Below are positions 1 to 10,069 of a DNA stretch of 41,298 bases, piece by piece. The stretch's first letter is position 1. Every line of letters begins with the position of its first letter. Origin of the DNA: Nitrospirota bacterium (GTDB lineage: Bacteria; Nitrospirota; UBA9217); assembly GCA_029858565.1 (NCBI GenBank), contig JAOUEV010000030.1:1-41298 (forward strand). Reading direction: 5' to 3'. The translations under genes were made by a program, and so were the position numbers. Under the pieces are notes generated by a model. The model searched no databases, had not been told where the DNA came from, and saw only the letters and a list, made by a program, of their open reading frames with translations.

Positions 1-1
1 A

Positions 2-391
2 TTCAAGAACCTGAAAGATGCATCAAAGGTTCTGGGCATCAGCCCTGAACTGTTGCGGGTGACGATCAACAAGGGCCATATACCCAAGGATAAAACGCTC
101 ATCATGATCGCCAGCAAGCTGGGTATAGATAAATCCGTCCTGATCCTTGCAGCGCATCAGGAAAAGGTCCCTTCGGAGGTAAAGGGGTTCTTTCTCTCAC
201 CCTCCACGACGAAGTACCGCCGGGGCAAAAGAAAATACCCGCTTTCCGAGGAACAGATCAACTACCTGGAAAAGATCCTGACCGTGGATGAGATCATGAT
301 GCTGAGGAAGTATCGTCAGGTGACCGAAGAAGGGAAGACCCAGATCAACGGGTATGTAGAGTTCATGTTCGCCAGCAAGAGGAACGTCTGA
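2..391 (+). CDS. XRE/Cro-like HTH transcriptional regulator, 5'-truncated by the window edge
   Basis: The frame is open from base 2 (FKNLKDASKVLGISPELLRVTINKGHIPKDKTLIMIASKLGID), which fits an HTH_3-like pattern. The C-terminal helix EIMMLRKYRQVTEEGKTQINGYVEF resembles repressor C-termini. Confidence 0.65.
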   Translation, partial: FKNLKDASKVLGISPELLRVTINKGHIPKDKTLIMIASKLGIDKSVLILAAHQEKVPSEVKGFFLSPSTTKYRRGKRKYPLSEEQINYLEKILTVDEIMMLRKYRQVTEEGKTQINGYVEFMFASKRNV

Positions 392-1702
392 TTGCTTTCA
401 CCGTCTACCGTACTTCCAGGAAGTGTTTTCGCCCGCGCGGGAGTTGTTCCCGGTGATCGCCTGGTATCTATCAACGGGAACGAGATACGCGACGTTATCG
501 ATTATCAGTTCTTTGCTGCCGACGAACGGTTGAAGGTCGTTGTCGAGGACGCGCAGGGACACCGCAGGTCTATCCGGTTGACCAGGCATCCCGATGACAT
601 GCTCGGTCTTGAGTTCACCCCGTTCCCTGTCCGCAGATGCAGGAACAACTGTATATTTTGCTTTGTCGATCAAATGCCTGCGGGATGTCGCAAGAGCCTC
701 TATGTGAAGGATGACGACTACCGGGCATCCTTTCTGTTCGGGAACTATATTACCCTCAGCAACCTGAACGAAGCTGACTGGGAGCGTATTGTTGACCAGC
801 GGTTAAGCCCGCTCTATCTATCAGTCCATGCTACGGAGCCTGAACTCAGGAAATTCATGATCAGGAATCCAAAAGCTCCGGATATCCTGTCTCTTCTGAG
901 ACGGCTGGCTGATAATAATATCCGCATGCATACCCAGATCGTTCTCTGTCCGGGGATAAATGACGGGACCCATCTGCTGAGAACGATTGAGGACCTTGCA
1001 TCACTCTTTCCACTGGTGCAGTCCATTGCAGCTGTCCCGGTCGGACTAACCGCGCATCGAGAGGGTCGCTATCCTTTACGGACCTATCGACGTTCGGAAG
1101 CAGGCAGGGTGATCGATGCACTGGAGCGATACGGTGCCGGGCATAAGCGTCGCAATGGAACTCGGCTTGTTTATCCGTCTGATGAGTTCTATTTGCAGGC
1201 AGGGCGCGGAATTCCGTCACCTTCGTTCTATGAGGATTATCCGCAGATCGAGAACGGTGTGGGAATGGTCTCCTCGTTCCTGGTTGAGGCTGCAGCGGCC
1301 CGACTTCCCAAGAAGCTTCCCAAATCTGCGATAACCGCTGTCACAGGGGTGTCCTTCAGCAGCGTTCTGAAAGAGTCCCTTGGGAAGCTCACAGGCCGAT
1401 CACAACTATCAGTGCGATTGGTTACTGCGAAAAATCATTTTTTCGGTCCATCAGTAACAGTTGCTGGTCTGTTGACAGGCGGGGACATCCTCCGGGCCAT
1501 CAAGGGCAAGCGGCTTGGTTCTGCGCTGCTTATTCCGGCGGCCTGCATCAAGGACGACCGGGCCGTTTTTCTTGATGATATGGGGATCGACGAACTTGAG
1601 CACGCAGCCGGCGTTCCCGTGCGTCCGGTGGACGGTTTGACGGACATTGTCAGGGTGGTGAATGAGCTGTTCCCGCCAGAGAGCCAAAAGGAGACGGCAT
1701 GA
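392..1702 (+). CDS. DUF512 family radical-SAM-like Fe-S protein with N-terminal PDZ-like domain
   Basis: Motifs PGDRLVSINGNEIRDVIDY (PDZ-like), CRNNCIFC (CxxxCxxC), SLYVKDDDYR and YPQIENGVG. TTG start with GAGGA upstream. Confidence 0.85.
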   Translation: MLSPSTVLPGSVFARAGVVPGDRLVSINGNEIRDVIDYQFFAADERLKVVVEDAQGHRRSIRLTRHPDDMLGLEFTPFPVRRCRNNCIFCFVDQMPAGCRKSLYVKDDDYRASFLFGNYITLSNLNEADWERIVDQRLSPLYLSVHATEPELRKFMIRNPKAPDILSLLRRLADNNIRMHTQIVLCPGINDGTHLLRTIEDLASLFPLVQSIAAVPVGLTAHREGRYPLRTYRRSEAGRVIDALERYGAGHKRRNGTRLVYPSDEFYLQAGRGIPSPSFYEDYPQIENGVGMVSSFLVEAAAARLPKKLPKSAITAVTGVSFSSVLKESLGKLTGRSQLSVRLVTAKNHFFGPSVTVAGLLTGGDILRAIKGKRLGSALLIPAACIKDDRAVFLDDMGIDELEHAAGVPVRPVDGLTDIVRVVNELFPPESQKETA

Positions 1703-2559
1703 TATCAGGCAAGACCGCAATTTATGGCATATTCGGACATCCCGTGGAGCACACGTTCTCTCCAGGCATGCACAACAGCGCGTTCCGGAAATTAGGCCTG
1801 AACGCATGCTATGTCCCTTTTGCCGTAAGGCCGGAATCGCTCGGCGACGCTGCGCGGTCGATCATCCCCTTGGGACTTCGCGGCCTGAACATCACGGTTC
1901 CCCACAAACAGAATGTGATCCCTTATCTGGACGAACTGACAGAGGACGCAAAACTTATCGGTGCGGTCAACACCATAGAGGTCAAGGGAGGACGGCTTAT
2001 TGGACATAATACCGATGGACGCGGTTTCATAAGATCCCTTCGTTTGGAAACAGGGATCAGTCCAAAGGGGAAGAGCGTTCTCATCCTTGGAGCGGGAGGG
2101 GCATCGAGGGCGGTATCGTTCAGTCTCGCCCTGGCCGGAGCAAGGAATATCGCGCTCTATGATGTAGATCGAAAGAAGGCCAATGCCCTAGCGAAGGACA
2201 TACGGTCCCGCGCTGGAGCAGCTTGCTCCGCCGTAGACCGTGATTCGCTCAGCGAAGCTGCATATGGTGCTCATATCATTGTAAATGCGACCCCCCTGGG
2301 GCTGAAAAAAGGAGATCCGCTTCCACTGCCCCGGGAAGTGATTAATAAAACGCATCTGGTCTGTGATCTTGTTTATAATCCAGCAAGGACCGCTTTGCTG
2401 AAGACGGCCGCGACCCGCGGGGCTTCTACACTGCAGGGGATCGGTATGCTGTTATATCAGGGTGTTATTGCTTTTGAGATCTGGACAGGAATGAAAGCAC
2501 CTGTCGGGACCATGCACGCGGCACTCAAGCTGCAAATGGCTCATCGTAAAAATAACTGA
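1699..2559 (+). CDS. aroE: Shikimate dehydrogenase
   Basis: Motifs GHPVEHTFSP, NITVPHK, GAVNT, GHNTDG, GAGGAS, DLVYNP and GMLLYQG. Confidence 0.95.
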   Translation: MISGKTAIYGIFGHPVEHTFSPGMHNSAFRKLGLNACYVPFAVRPESLGDAARSIIPLGLRGLNITVPHKQNVIPYLDELTEDAKLIGAVNTIEVKGGRLIGHNTDGRGFIRSLRLETGISPKGKSVLILGAGGASRAVSFSLALAGARNIALYDVDRKKANALAKDIRSRAGAACSAVDRDSLSEAAYGAHIIVNATPLGLKKGDPLPLPREVINKTHLVCDLVYNPARTALLKTAATRGASTLQGIGMLLYQGVIAFEIWTGMKAPVGTMHAALKLQMAHRKNN

Positions 2560-2575
2560 AAAATCAGTGTGATGC

Positions 2576-2604
2576 TTGACAGCGTCTGTGTGTTTCAGTA
2601 TTAT
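2576..2604 (+). promoter_or_regulatory. Sigma70-type promoter of the pil operon
   Basis: TTGACA (2576-2581), 17-nt spacer, TATTAT (2599-2604). AAGGAG RBS precedes pilB. Confidence 0.75.
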
Positions 2605-2643
2605 TAATACATTCTTAGTCTTGATGTTCAGCAAGGAGTAGCT

Positions 2644-4500
2644 ATGGCAATGTCCGGCAGGCTGGGCGCCATGCTGGTGTCATCTGGTCTGATCACCGAT
2701 GAACAACTGAAGAAGGCGCTCGCAACGCAGAAGAACGAAGGAGGACGGCTCGGTTCGATCCTCGTGAAGCTTGGTTTTGTCCAGGAAGACAAGCTCATGA
2801 CGTTTTTGAGCAAACAGTATGGCGTACCCTATGTTGACCTGGGCAAATTCCAGATCAATCCCGCAGTGATCAAGCATATCCCCCCTGATGTGGCGCAAAA
2901 GTACCGGATCATGCCGATCAACCGCTCCGGTGCCACGATCACCATCGCCATGGTGGACCCGTCAAATATCTTTGCCATCGATGATATCAAGTTCATGACC
3001 GGGTATAACGTCGAAGCGGTCGTGGCCACGGAAGGGGCCATTGTTGAAGCAATAAAAAAATATTACGGTGGAACAAAGTCCCTGGTTCCTTCGAAGCCAG
3101 GCGCCGCCCCCGCTGCGACTGGTGGCGCGGCCGCTCCGGGGAAACCCGCCTTTGACACCAAGGACTACAGCCTCGACGGATTGAAAGATGATGAGAGTGA
3201 AGACCTTGTCGAGGAATCACAGGTAGTTGATGTGGAAGACTTTGACAATCTTGTATCAGGCGCTGTTGACGATCTCGAGGTTGTTGAGGAGCAGGAAGAC
3301 AAACTGAGCGCGGAAGTCGATGCACCGATCGTGAAGCTCGTGAACGGCATCTTGCTGCGGGCGGCAAAGATGGGCGTCAGCGATATCCATATCGAGCCTT
3401 ATGAAAAGAGCTTCCGCGTTCGCTATCGTCTCGATGGATCGCTGCACACGGTCATGGGGCTCCCGCTCAAGATCAAGAATGCTGTCATTTCCCGCGTGAA
3501 GATCATGTCATCATTGGACATCGCTGAGCGCCGGCTTCCCCAGGACGGACGCATAAAGCTTAAGATGGGTCCCAAAAAGGCCATGGACTTCCGCGTTTCC
3601 GTGCTGCCCTGCCTTTTTGGGGAAAAGGTCGTCATGCGGCTGCTTGACAAGTCCAACCTGCAGCTTGATATGACCAAGCTCGGTTTTCTCGTGGACCAGC
3701 TCAAGGATTTCAAAGATGCGCTGGACAGACCCTATGGAATGGTGTTGGTCACCGGGCCGACGGGAAGCGGAAAAACAACAACGCTTTATTCAGCCCTGTC
3801 GGATCTGAACAAGGAAGATACGAACATCATGACGGCCGAGGACCCGGTGGAGTTCAACCTCGCGGGTATCAACCAGGTGCAGATGAAGGACGATATCGGC
3901 CTGAACTTCGCCGCGGCACTCCGCTCGTTCCTCCGGCAGGACCCTGACGTGATCATGGTCGGTGAGATCCGCGATTATGAGACTGCCGAGATCGGCGTGA
4001 AAGCGGCGCTGACCGGCCACCTGGTGCTCTCCACGCTGCATACAAATGACGCACCGGGAACGATCAACCGGCTTTTAAACATGGGTGTTGAACCGTTCCT
4101 TGTTTCGTCAGCGGTCGTGTTGATCATGGCACAGCGGCTCGTGCGCAGGGTTTGCCAGAACTGCAAGCAGCCGGACATTGTTACGCCGCAAGTACTTGTC
4201 GACGCAGGTTTTTCTGCCGAAGAAGCGCCTTCGATCAAACCCATGAAGGGGAAAGGGTGCGATGTCTGCAACAGCACCGGATACAAGGGCCGTGTCGCAC
4301 TCTATGAAGTGATGCCGATAAAAGATGAGATCAAGGAACTCGTCCTGCAGGGAGCCTCGGTCCTGGAAATAAAGAAGAAAGCCGTTGAACTCGGCATGAA
4401 GACCCTCCGCATGAACGGACTGATCAAGATCAAAGAAGGCATGACCAGCTTGGACGAAGTTCTTGAAAATACATTTCCGGACAATATTCAGACGTCATAA
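2644..4500 (+). CDS. pilB: Type IV-A pilus assembly ATPase PilB with N-terminal MshEN c-di-GMP motif
   Basis: RLGAMLVSSGLITDEQLKKALATQ (MshEN), SDIHIEP, LDIAERRLPQDG, Walker A GPTGSGKT, LRQDPD, tetracysteine motif CQNC...CDVC. Confidence 0.95.
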   Translation: MAMSGRLGAMLVSSGLITDEQLKKALATQKNEGGRLGSILVKLGFVQEDKLMTFLSKQYGVPYVDLGKFQINPAVIKHIPPDVAQKYRIMPINRSGATITIAMVDPSNIFAIDDIKFMTGYNVEAVVATEGAIVEAIKKYYGGTKSLVPSKPGAAPAATGGAAAPGKPAFDTKDYSLDGLKDDESEDLVEESQVVDVEDFDNLVSGAVDDLEVVEEQEDKLSAEVDAPIVKLVNGILLRAAKMGVSDIHIEPYEKSFRVRYRLDGSLHTVMGLPLKIKNAVISRVKIMSSLDIAERRLPQDGRIKLKMGPKKAMDFRVSVLPCLFGEKVVMRLLDKSNLQLDMTKLGFLVDQLKDFKDALDRPYGMVLVTGPTGSGKTTTLYSALSDLNKEDTNIMTAEDPVEFNLAGINQVQMKDDIGLNFAAALRSFLRQDPDVIMVGEIRDYETAEIGVKAALTGHLVLSTLHTNDAPGTINRLLNMGVEPFLVSSAVVLIMAQRLVRRVCQNCKQPDIVTPQVLVDAGFSAEEAPSIKPMKGKGCDVCNSTGYKGRVALYEVMPIKDEIKELVLQGASVLEIKKKAVELGMKTLRMNGLIKIKEGMTSLDEVLENTFPDNIQTS

Positions 4501-4543
4501 TAAAAATCGACAGAGATGTAAATGTGTCGAATGAGGTGAGTGC

Positions 4544-5647
4544 ATGGCGAATCTACATGATCTGCTGAAATATATGATCGAAAAAGGCGCATCTGACCTG
4601 CATGTGACCACGGGATTGCCGCCTTCCATCCGGGTCGACGGGAAGATCAAGCCGATTCCCGGCCTTGAATCGCTGACCGCAACGCAGACCAAGGATCTGT
4701 GCTACAGCATTCTTACGGACGCACAGAAGCACAAGTTCGAGGAGAACAATGAACTGGACCTGTCGTTCGGCGTCAAGAACCTGTCGCGCTTCCGCGCGAA
4801 CATATTCGTCCAGCGTGGTGCTGTCGCTGCCGCGATCCGTACGATCCCCTTCAAGATCAAGACCTTTGCCGAGCTGGGTTTGCCCGACGTTGTTTCCGAT
4901 CTTTGCAAAAAGCCGCGCGGTTTGATCCTGGTTACCGGGCCCACGGGAAGCGGTAAATCGACAACACTTGCCTCGATGATCGATAAGATCAACAGCGAAC
5001 GCCAGGAGCATCTCATCACGATCGAGGACCCGATCGAATACCTCCATCCACATAAAAAATGCCTGGTGAACCAGCGTGAGGTGAATGCTGATACAAAGTC
5101 TTTCAAGGACGCCCTGAAATACATCCTTCGCCAGGACCCTGACGTTGTGCTCATCGGAGAAATGCGCGACCTGGAAACCATCGAGGCGGCCCTGACCATT
5201 GCGGAAACCGGTCACCTGACCTTCGCGACCCTGCATACCAACTCGGCAGCGCAAACCATGAACCGTATCATTGACGTGTTCCCGCCTCATCAACAATCCC
5301 AGGTGCGCGCACAGTTGTCCTTTGTCCTGGAGGGCGTTGTTTCGCAGCAGCTTATCCCGAAGGTCGGGGGCGGTCGCGTACTGGGCATGGAAGTCATGAT
5401 CCCCAATTCCGCGATCCGCAATCTGATCCGGGAAGATAAGATCCACCAGATATATTCCATCATGCAGACCGGACAGACAAAGTTCGGCATGCAAACGCTT
5501 AACCAATCGCTCTATGAACTCTATGTGAAAAAACAGATAACCTATGAAGACTGCGTCGGCAGATCCTCGGTTGTGGAAGAGCTGATCCAGATGCTGGGAC
5601 GTTCCGGTCTTGCGGCGACACAAAATGTTCCGAAAGAATATCGTTAA
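4544..5647 (+). CDS. pilT: Type IV pilus retraction ATPase PilT
   Basis: Motifs GASDLH, GPTGSGKST, TIEDPIEY, LRQDPD, AETGHL and AIRNLIRE. Confidence 0.95.
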   Translation: MANLHDLLKYMIEKGASDLHVTTGLPPSIRVDGKIKPIPGLESLTATQTKDLCYSILTDAQKHKFEENNELDLSFGVKNLSRFRANIFVQRGAVAAAIRTIPFKIKTFAELGLPDVVSDLCKKPRGLILVTGPTGSGKSTTLASMIDKINSERQEHLITIEDPIEYLHPHKKCLVNQREVNADTKSFKDALKYILRQDPDVVLIGEMRDLETIEAALTIAETGHLTFATLHTNSAAQTMNRIIDVFPPHQQSQVRAQLSFVLEGVVSQQLIPKVGGGRVLGMEVMIPNSAIRNLIREDKIHQIYSIMQTGQTKFGMQTLNQSLYELYVKKQITYEDCVGRSSVVEELIQMLGRSGLAATQNVPKEYR

Positions 5648-5728
5648 GAACGGGAAAAATGAATTGCATCGAGTGCTGTCGGTGACAGGTAGATAGAGCT
5701 GATTCATCGATAAAGGGTGAGGTGACCA

Positions 5729-6943
5729 ATGGCGGCTACGGTATTCGTCTGGGAAGGGAAAACCCGGCAGGGAGCAATGCAGAAAGGCGAGATCTCCGCG
5801 AGCAACAAGGAAGAGGTCATGGTGCTTCTGCGAAAGCAGAACATTACCCCTGTCAACGTGACAGCCAAACCCAAGGAGCTTACGCTCAAGTTCGGCGCTC
5901 AAAAGATCACCGATAAGGATATCGTTATTTTTACGAGGCAGTTGGCTACCATGATCGACGCGGGATTGCCGCTTGTGCAGTGTCTCGAGATCCTCGGCAG
6001 CCAGACAGAGAATAAGACCCTTGCGCAAACCATCAACCAGGTTCGTTCGGATGTGGAGAGCGGCGCGACATTTGCCGATGCCTTGAAGAAGCATCCCAAG
6101 GCATTTGACAATCTCTATGTGAACATGGTCGCGGCTGGAGAGGCCGGCGGTATCCTTGACACGATCCTGGGTCGGCTTGCTGCATATATGGAAAAATTCG
6201 CACGGATCAAAAAACAGATCAAATCTGCCATGGTCTATCCCGCGGTAATTTTGTTCGTTGCTATTGCTGTGGTCAGCCTTTTGTTGGTCGTTGTTGTCCC
6301 GATGCTCGGGAATATGTTCAAAGAAGCGGGGCAGGCGCTCCCGCTGCCGACCAGGATCGTCCTTGCTTTCAGCGATTTTCTCAAGGGCTGGGGCGGCTTG
6401 TCTGTGATCGTTGGTTTTGTCGGCTTTATCGTAGGAATTAAACAATCGAGAAAGACAGAAGCAGGCCTTAAAATGACCGATAGAATTGCATTGAAGATAC
6501 CGGTGGTGGGCATGCTCATTACCAAGGTGTCTGTTGCAAAGTTCACACGCACGCTGGGGACGCTCATGACCAGCGGCGTCCCTATCTTGGAGGGTCTTAT
6601 TATTGTTGCCAGAACAGCGGGAAACAAGATCGTTGAAGAGGCGATCATGATGACCCGTCAGAGCGTAAGCGAAGGTAAAACGCTTGCCGAGCCTTTGACC
6701 AAGTCAAAGGTCTTTCCGGCCATGGTCAACCAGATGATCGCGGTTGGTGAGGCGACAGGCGCGCTGGACAATATGCTGAACAAGATCGCCGATTTCTATG
6801 ATGAGGAGGTGGATGCGGCCGTAGGTACGCTCACCTCCATGCTCGAGCCGATGCTGATGGTGTTTCTTGGCACGACCGTCGGTTTCGTGATCGTTGCCAT
6901 GTATATGCCGATCTTCCAGATGGGGGCAATGGCGGGCAAGTAG
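5729..6943 (+). CDS. pilC: Type IV pilus platform protein PilC (T2SS F family)
   Basis: Motifs FTRQLATMIDAGLPL, AGEAGGILD, VGEATGALD and AMYMPIF; follows pilT. Confidence 0.95.
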   Translation: MAATVFVWEGKTRQGAMQKGEISASNKEEVMVLLRKQNITPVNVTAKPKELTLKFGAQKITDKDIVIFTRQLATMIDAGLPLVQCLEILGSQTENKTLAQTINQVRSDVESGATFADALKKHPKAFDNLYVNMVAAGEAGGILDTILGRLAAYMEKFARIKKQIKSAMVYPAVILFVAIAVVSLLLVVVVPMLGNMFKEAGQALPLPTRIVLAFSDFLKGWGGLSVIVGFVGFIVGIKQSRKTEAGLKMTDRIALKIPVVGMLITKVSVAKFTRTLGTLMTSGVPILEGLIIVARTAGNKIVEEAIMMTRQSVSEGKTLAEPLTKSKVFPAMVNQMIAVGEATGALDNMLNKIADFYDEEVDAAVGTLTSMLEPMLMVFLGTTVGFVIVAMYMPIFQMGAMAGK

Positions 6944-6948
6944 ATCAC

Positions 6949-8646
6949 GTGGAATCCATGCATGCAAGAGAGGAACTGCCGAGCAGGATAAAATGGCTGA
7001 TGGCGAGCAGGGTCGTACTTGTGATGTTCCTGCTCGGCAGCCTGTTCTTCTTCCAGTATCAGTATCAGATCTATCATGTGCGGATTCAGCACCTTGTCTA
7101 TTTTGGCATAGCAGTATGTGTGCTGGCGGCGATCTATTCCTATCTTTTTTTAAAGACCTCTCTTCGTCCCTCTATCCAGGCATATATACAGATTGCCGGG
7201 GATATTGCTCTGATCACCTGGTTGGTGTCATTGACCGGCGGCATTGACAGTACTTTCTCGATCCTCTATCACATAACGATCATATCAGCAAGTATCCTGC
7301 TTGCCCGTCGCGGTGGTTATTTTGGCGCGTCCCTTGCGAGCATTTCCTATGGAGGGCTCCTTGATGTCCAGTATTACAATGCGCTGGGTTTTCTCAGGAG
7401 CCAGGCGTTCACCGCAGGGCAGGTCCTTTTTCTCCTGTTCGTCAATATCATCTCATTCTATGTTGTTGCGTTCCTGAGCGGATATCTTTCCGAGCGTCTC
7501 AGGAGAACGAGACAGGAGCTGCAGGAGAAGAGCAGTGATTTTGATGATCTTCGCGTTCTCCAGGACCATATCCTTCGCAGCGTCGGAAGCGGGATCACGA
7601 CCATGGATATGTCGGGAAAAATCACGTCATGGAACAACGCTGCAGAAAACATTACCGGCTACGGCCTCGATGAGATCCGGGACCTTTGGACGCAGGTGTT
7701 CGGGGAAAGCATCAAAGGACTTTTTGGGAGAACCGAAGATCTCCGGGCAGGTCCGGTTCGTTTCGAAGGAAAGATCCCGAAGAAGAACGGTGTTGAGGCG
7801 GTCCTGGGCTTTACTGCATCGCTCCTTAAAGATGAATCAGATGATGTCCGGGGTATTATCCTGACCTTTCAGGATATAACCCGACTTGTGCAAATGGAAG
7901 AGAAGATCAGAAGGCAGGAGCGCCTGGCGACCGTTGGAAGCCTTGCGGCGGGAATCGCCCATGAGATCCGGAATCCCTTGGCGTCCCTGAGCGGGTCCAT
8001 TCAGATGCTCCGTGAAGAGCTGGTTCTGAGCAATGAGAACCGCAACCTCATGGATATTGTTCTTCGCGAGACAGATCGTCTCAATACGATCATAACGGAA
8101 TTTCTGGACTATGCGAGACCGAAGACGAGCTCGATGACGACGATCCCGATCGCAACGCTTATGCAGGATACCGTCGTGCTCTTCCGAAACAGCAGGAATT
8201 TCAGTGACTCGATCACGATCCAATGTGATATTGATGAGTCGGTGAGCATCCACGGCGACCCTTCTCGCATACGACAGGTGCTTTGGAATCTGCTCATCAA
8301 TGCGTCGCAGGCGATCGAGCCGCCGGGGACGATCACTCTCACAGCTGCTTGCGCCAGGCAAAATGAGTCGGATGCCGTTGTTATAACTGTCGCTGATACA
8401 GGCACAGGCATCGATCGAGAAAGCCTTCCCATGATCTTTGATCCTTTTTTCACTACGAAGAGCGATGGCACCGGTCTTGGACTAGCCATTGCTTATCGGA
8501 TCATTGAAGATCATCAGGGAACTATTGACGTGAAAAGCGTCGTGGGGAAGGGGACCATATTCACAATGACGCTGCCGATCGAAGAGGCCTCCGACATGTT
8601 CAAGGTCCGTTTGCAGAAGGCTAACCCTGGGGATGAGAAAGAATGA
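6949..8646 (+). CDS. pilS: Membrane sensor histidine kinase PilS (TM region, PAS, HisKA, HATPase)
   Basis: N-terminal multi-TM region, H-box AHEIRNPL, N-box NLLINA, DTGTG, FFTTK, GTGLGL; syntenic with pilC and pilR. Confidence 0.88.
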   Translation: MESMHAREELPSRIKWLMASRVVLVMFLLGSLFFFQYQYQIYHVRIQHLVYFGIAVCVLAAIYSYLFLKTSLRPSIQAYIQIAGDIALITWLVSLTGGIDSTFSILYHITIISASILLARRGGYFGASLASISYGGLLDVQYYNALGFLRSQAFTAGQVLFLLFVNIISFYVVAFLSGYLSERLRRTRQELQEKSSDFDDLRVLQDHILRSVGSGITTMDMSGKITSWNNAAENITGYGLDEIRDLWTQVFGESIKGLFGRTEDLRAGPVRFEGKIPKKNGVEAVLGFTASLLKDESDDVRGIILTFQDITRLVQMEEKIRRQERLATVGSLAAGIAHEIRNPLASLSGSIQMLREELVLSNENRNLMDIVLRETDRLNTIITEFLDYARPKTSSMTTIPIATLMQDTVVLFRNSRNFSDSITIQCDIDESVSIHGDPSRIRQVLWNLLINASQAIEPPGTITLTAACARQNESDAVVITVADTGTGIDRESLPMIFDPFFTTKSDGTGLGLAIAYRIIEDHQGTIDVKSVVGKGTIFTMTLPIEEASDMFKVRLQKANPGDEKE

Positions 8647-10007
8647 ACAGGATCCTTATTGTAGACGATGAAAAGAGCATGCGCGAACTTCTTTCCATCC
8701 TGCTGAAGAAGGAAGGCTACGATGTGGCGACCGCTGACAATGGTGATAGTGCACTGCAGGCGGTGCAGCAGGAGATCTATGATCTGGTTATCACGGACAT
8801 TCGGATGCCGAAGATCGACGGGATCGAGCTTTTGAAAGCAGTTAAGGAACTGTCCCCTGAAACGGTGGTGATCGTGATCACTGCTTTTGCCTCAACTGAA
8901 ACAGCTGTCGACGCGATGAAGCTGGGCGCCTATGACTATATCACTAAACCATTCAAGAACGAAGAAATACGGCTTGTTGTTCAAAAGGCACTTGAAAAAA
9001 GGCTTCTTCGCAAAGAAAATATCCTGCTCCGTCGGGAGATCGAGTCGCGGGCGGGGTTCGACAACTTTATCGGAAAGAGCGAGGCGATGCAGCAGATCTT
9101 TTCGCTTATACGGCAAGTTGCAGATACAAGAAGCACGATCCTCATTAACGGGGAAAGCGGCACAGGGAAGGAACTGGTGGCCCGGGCGATTCACTACAGC
9201 GGAAGCAGGAAGAATAGCCCCTTTGTTACCGTGAATTGTGGCGCACTGCCGGAAACACTCCTTGAGAGCGAGCTGTTCGGCTATATGAAAGGCGCTTTCA
9301 CAGGAGCGGTCGCAAACAAACAGGGACTTTTCGAGGCTGCGAATGGCGGAACGCTGTTCCTTGATGAGATCAGCACGACAACGCCTGCGTTGCAGATTAA
9401 ACTGCTGAGGGTGCTGCAGACCAAGGAGATAAAACGCGTCGGCGGGACCGCGGACATAAAGGTGGATGTCAGGATCATTGCCGCAAGCAACCGGGACCTG
9501 CTGCAGGAAGTTAACAAAGGCACTTTTCGCGAAGACCTGTATTATCGACTGAACGTGATCCCGATCCTGGTCCCGACGCTTCGCGGGCGCAAGGAGGATA
9601 TCCCCCTGCTGATAGACCACTTTCTGGGAAAACTGGGCTCAGAAGGACAAAAGAAAAGAATGTCCGAAGAGGCAAAGGACCGGCTCTCCGGTTATGGCTG
9701 GCCGGGGAATGTCCGGGAACTGGAAAATGCCGTCGAACGACTCTATACGCTTGTCCCCGGAGAGGTTATTCTTCCGGAACACCTGCCCGCCACGATCCTG
9801 CCCGGGTCACCGTTCCTGGAAATCGTGCCGTCCGAGATACCCAATGAAGGCATCGATCTGGAGAGCATCCTGCAAACAGTCGAAAAGAACCTCTTGAAAA
9901 AGGCCCTTGATAAGACCGGGGGGGTAAAGACTGAAGCTGCCCGTCTTTTGGGACTGACGTTCCGCTCTTTTCGGCATCGCCTCCAAAAATTCGATCAGTC
10001 ATCCTGA
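8643..10007 (+). CDS. pilR: Sigma54-dependent response regulator PilR
   Basis: Receiver domain (ILIVDDE, TDIRMP), GESGTGKE, GAFTGA, FREDLYYRLNV, WPGNVREL, C-terminal Fis-type HTH. ATGA overlap with pilS. Confidence 0.9.
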   Translation: MNRILIVDDEKSMRELLSILLKKEGYDVATADNGDSALQAVQQEIYDLVITDIRMPKIDGIELLKAVKELSPETVVIVITAFASTETAVDAMKLGAYDYITKPFKNEEIRLVVQKALEKRLLRKENILLRREIESRAGFDNFIGKSEAMQQIFSLIRQVADTRSTILINGESGTGKELVARAIHYSGSRKNSPFVTVNCGALPETLLESELFGYMKGAFTGAVANKQGLFEAANGGTLFLDEISTTTPALQIKLLRVLQTKEIKRVGGTADIKVDVRIIAASNRDLLQEVNKGTFREDLYYRLNVIPILVPTLRGRKEDIPLLIDHFLGKLGSEGQKKRMSEEAKDRLSGYGWPGNVRELENAVERLYTLVPGEVILPEHLPATILPGSPFLEIVPSEIPNEGIDLESILQTVEKNLLKKALDKTGGVKTEAARLLGLTFRSFRHRLQKFDQSS

Positions 10008-10031
10008 TAATGCGGAGCTATGAGTTTTTCA

Positions 10032-10060
10032 TTGAAATAACTCCTTGTTTCCGCTAATAT
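10032..10060 (+). promoter_or_regulatory. Sigma70-type promoter for the UbiD-family gene (very short or no leader)
   Basis: TTGAAA (10032-10037), 17 nt, TAATAT (10055-10060). The ATG is 9 nt later with no SD sequence. Confidence 0.5.
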
Positions 10061-10069
10061 TTACCTTCT

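Noticed and set aside
389-394. In-frame TGA between the XRE and DUF512 ORFs as a possible selenocysteine readthrough fusion
   Set aside because: The downstream TTG has its own GAGGA RBS, the two domains are unrelated, and the TGA is not at a Cys-equivalent catalytic position.
4553-6445. 630-aa minus-strand ORF
   Set aside because: It is an antisense shadow of pilT/pilC with no recognisable motifs. The same applies to 10061-11383, 23051-24127 and 33315-34283.
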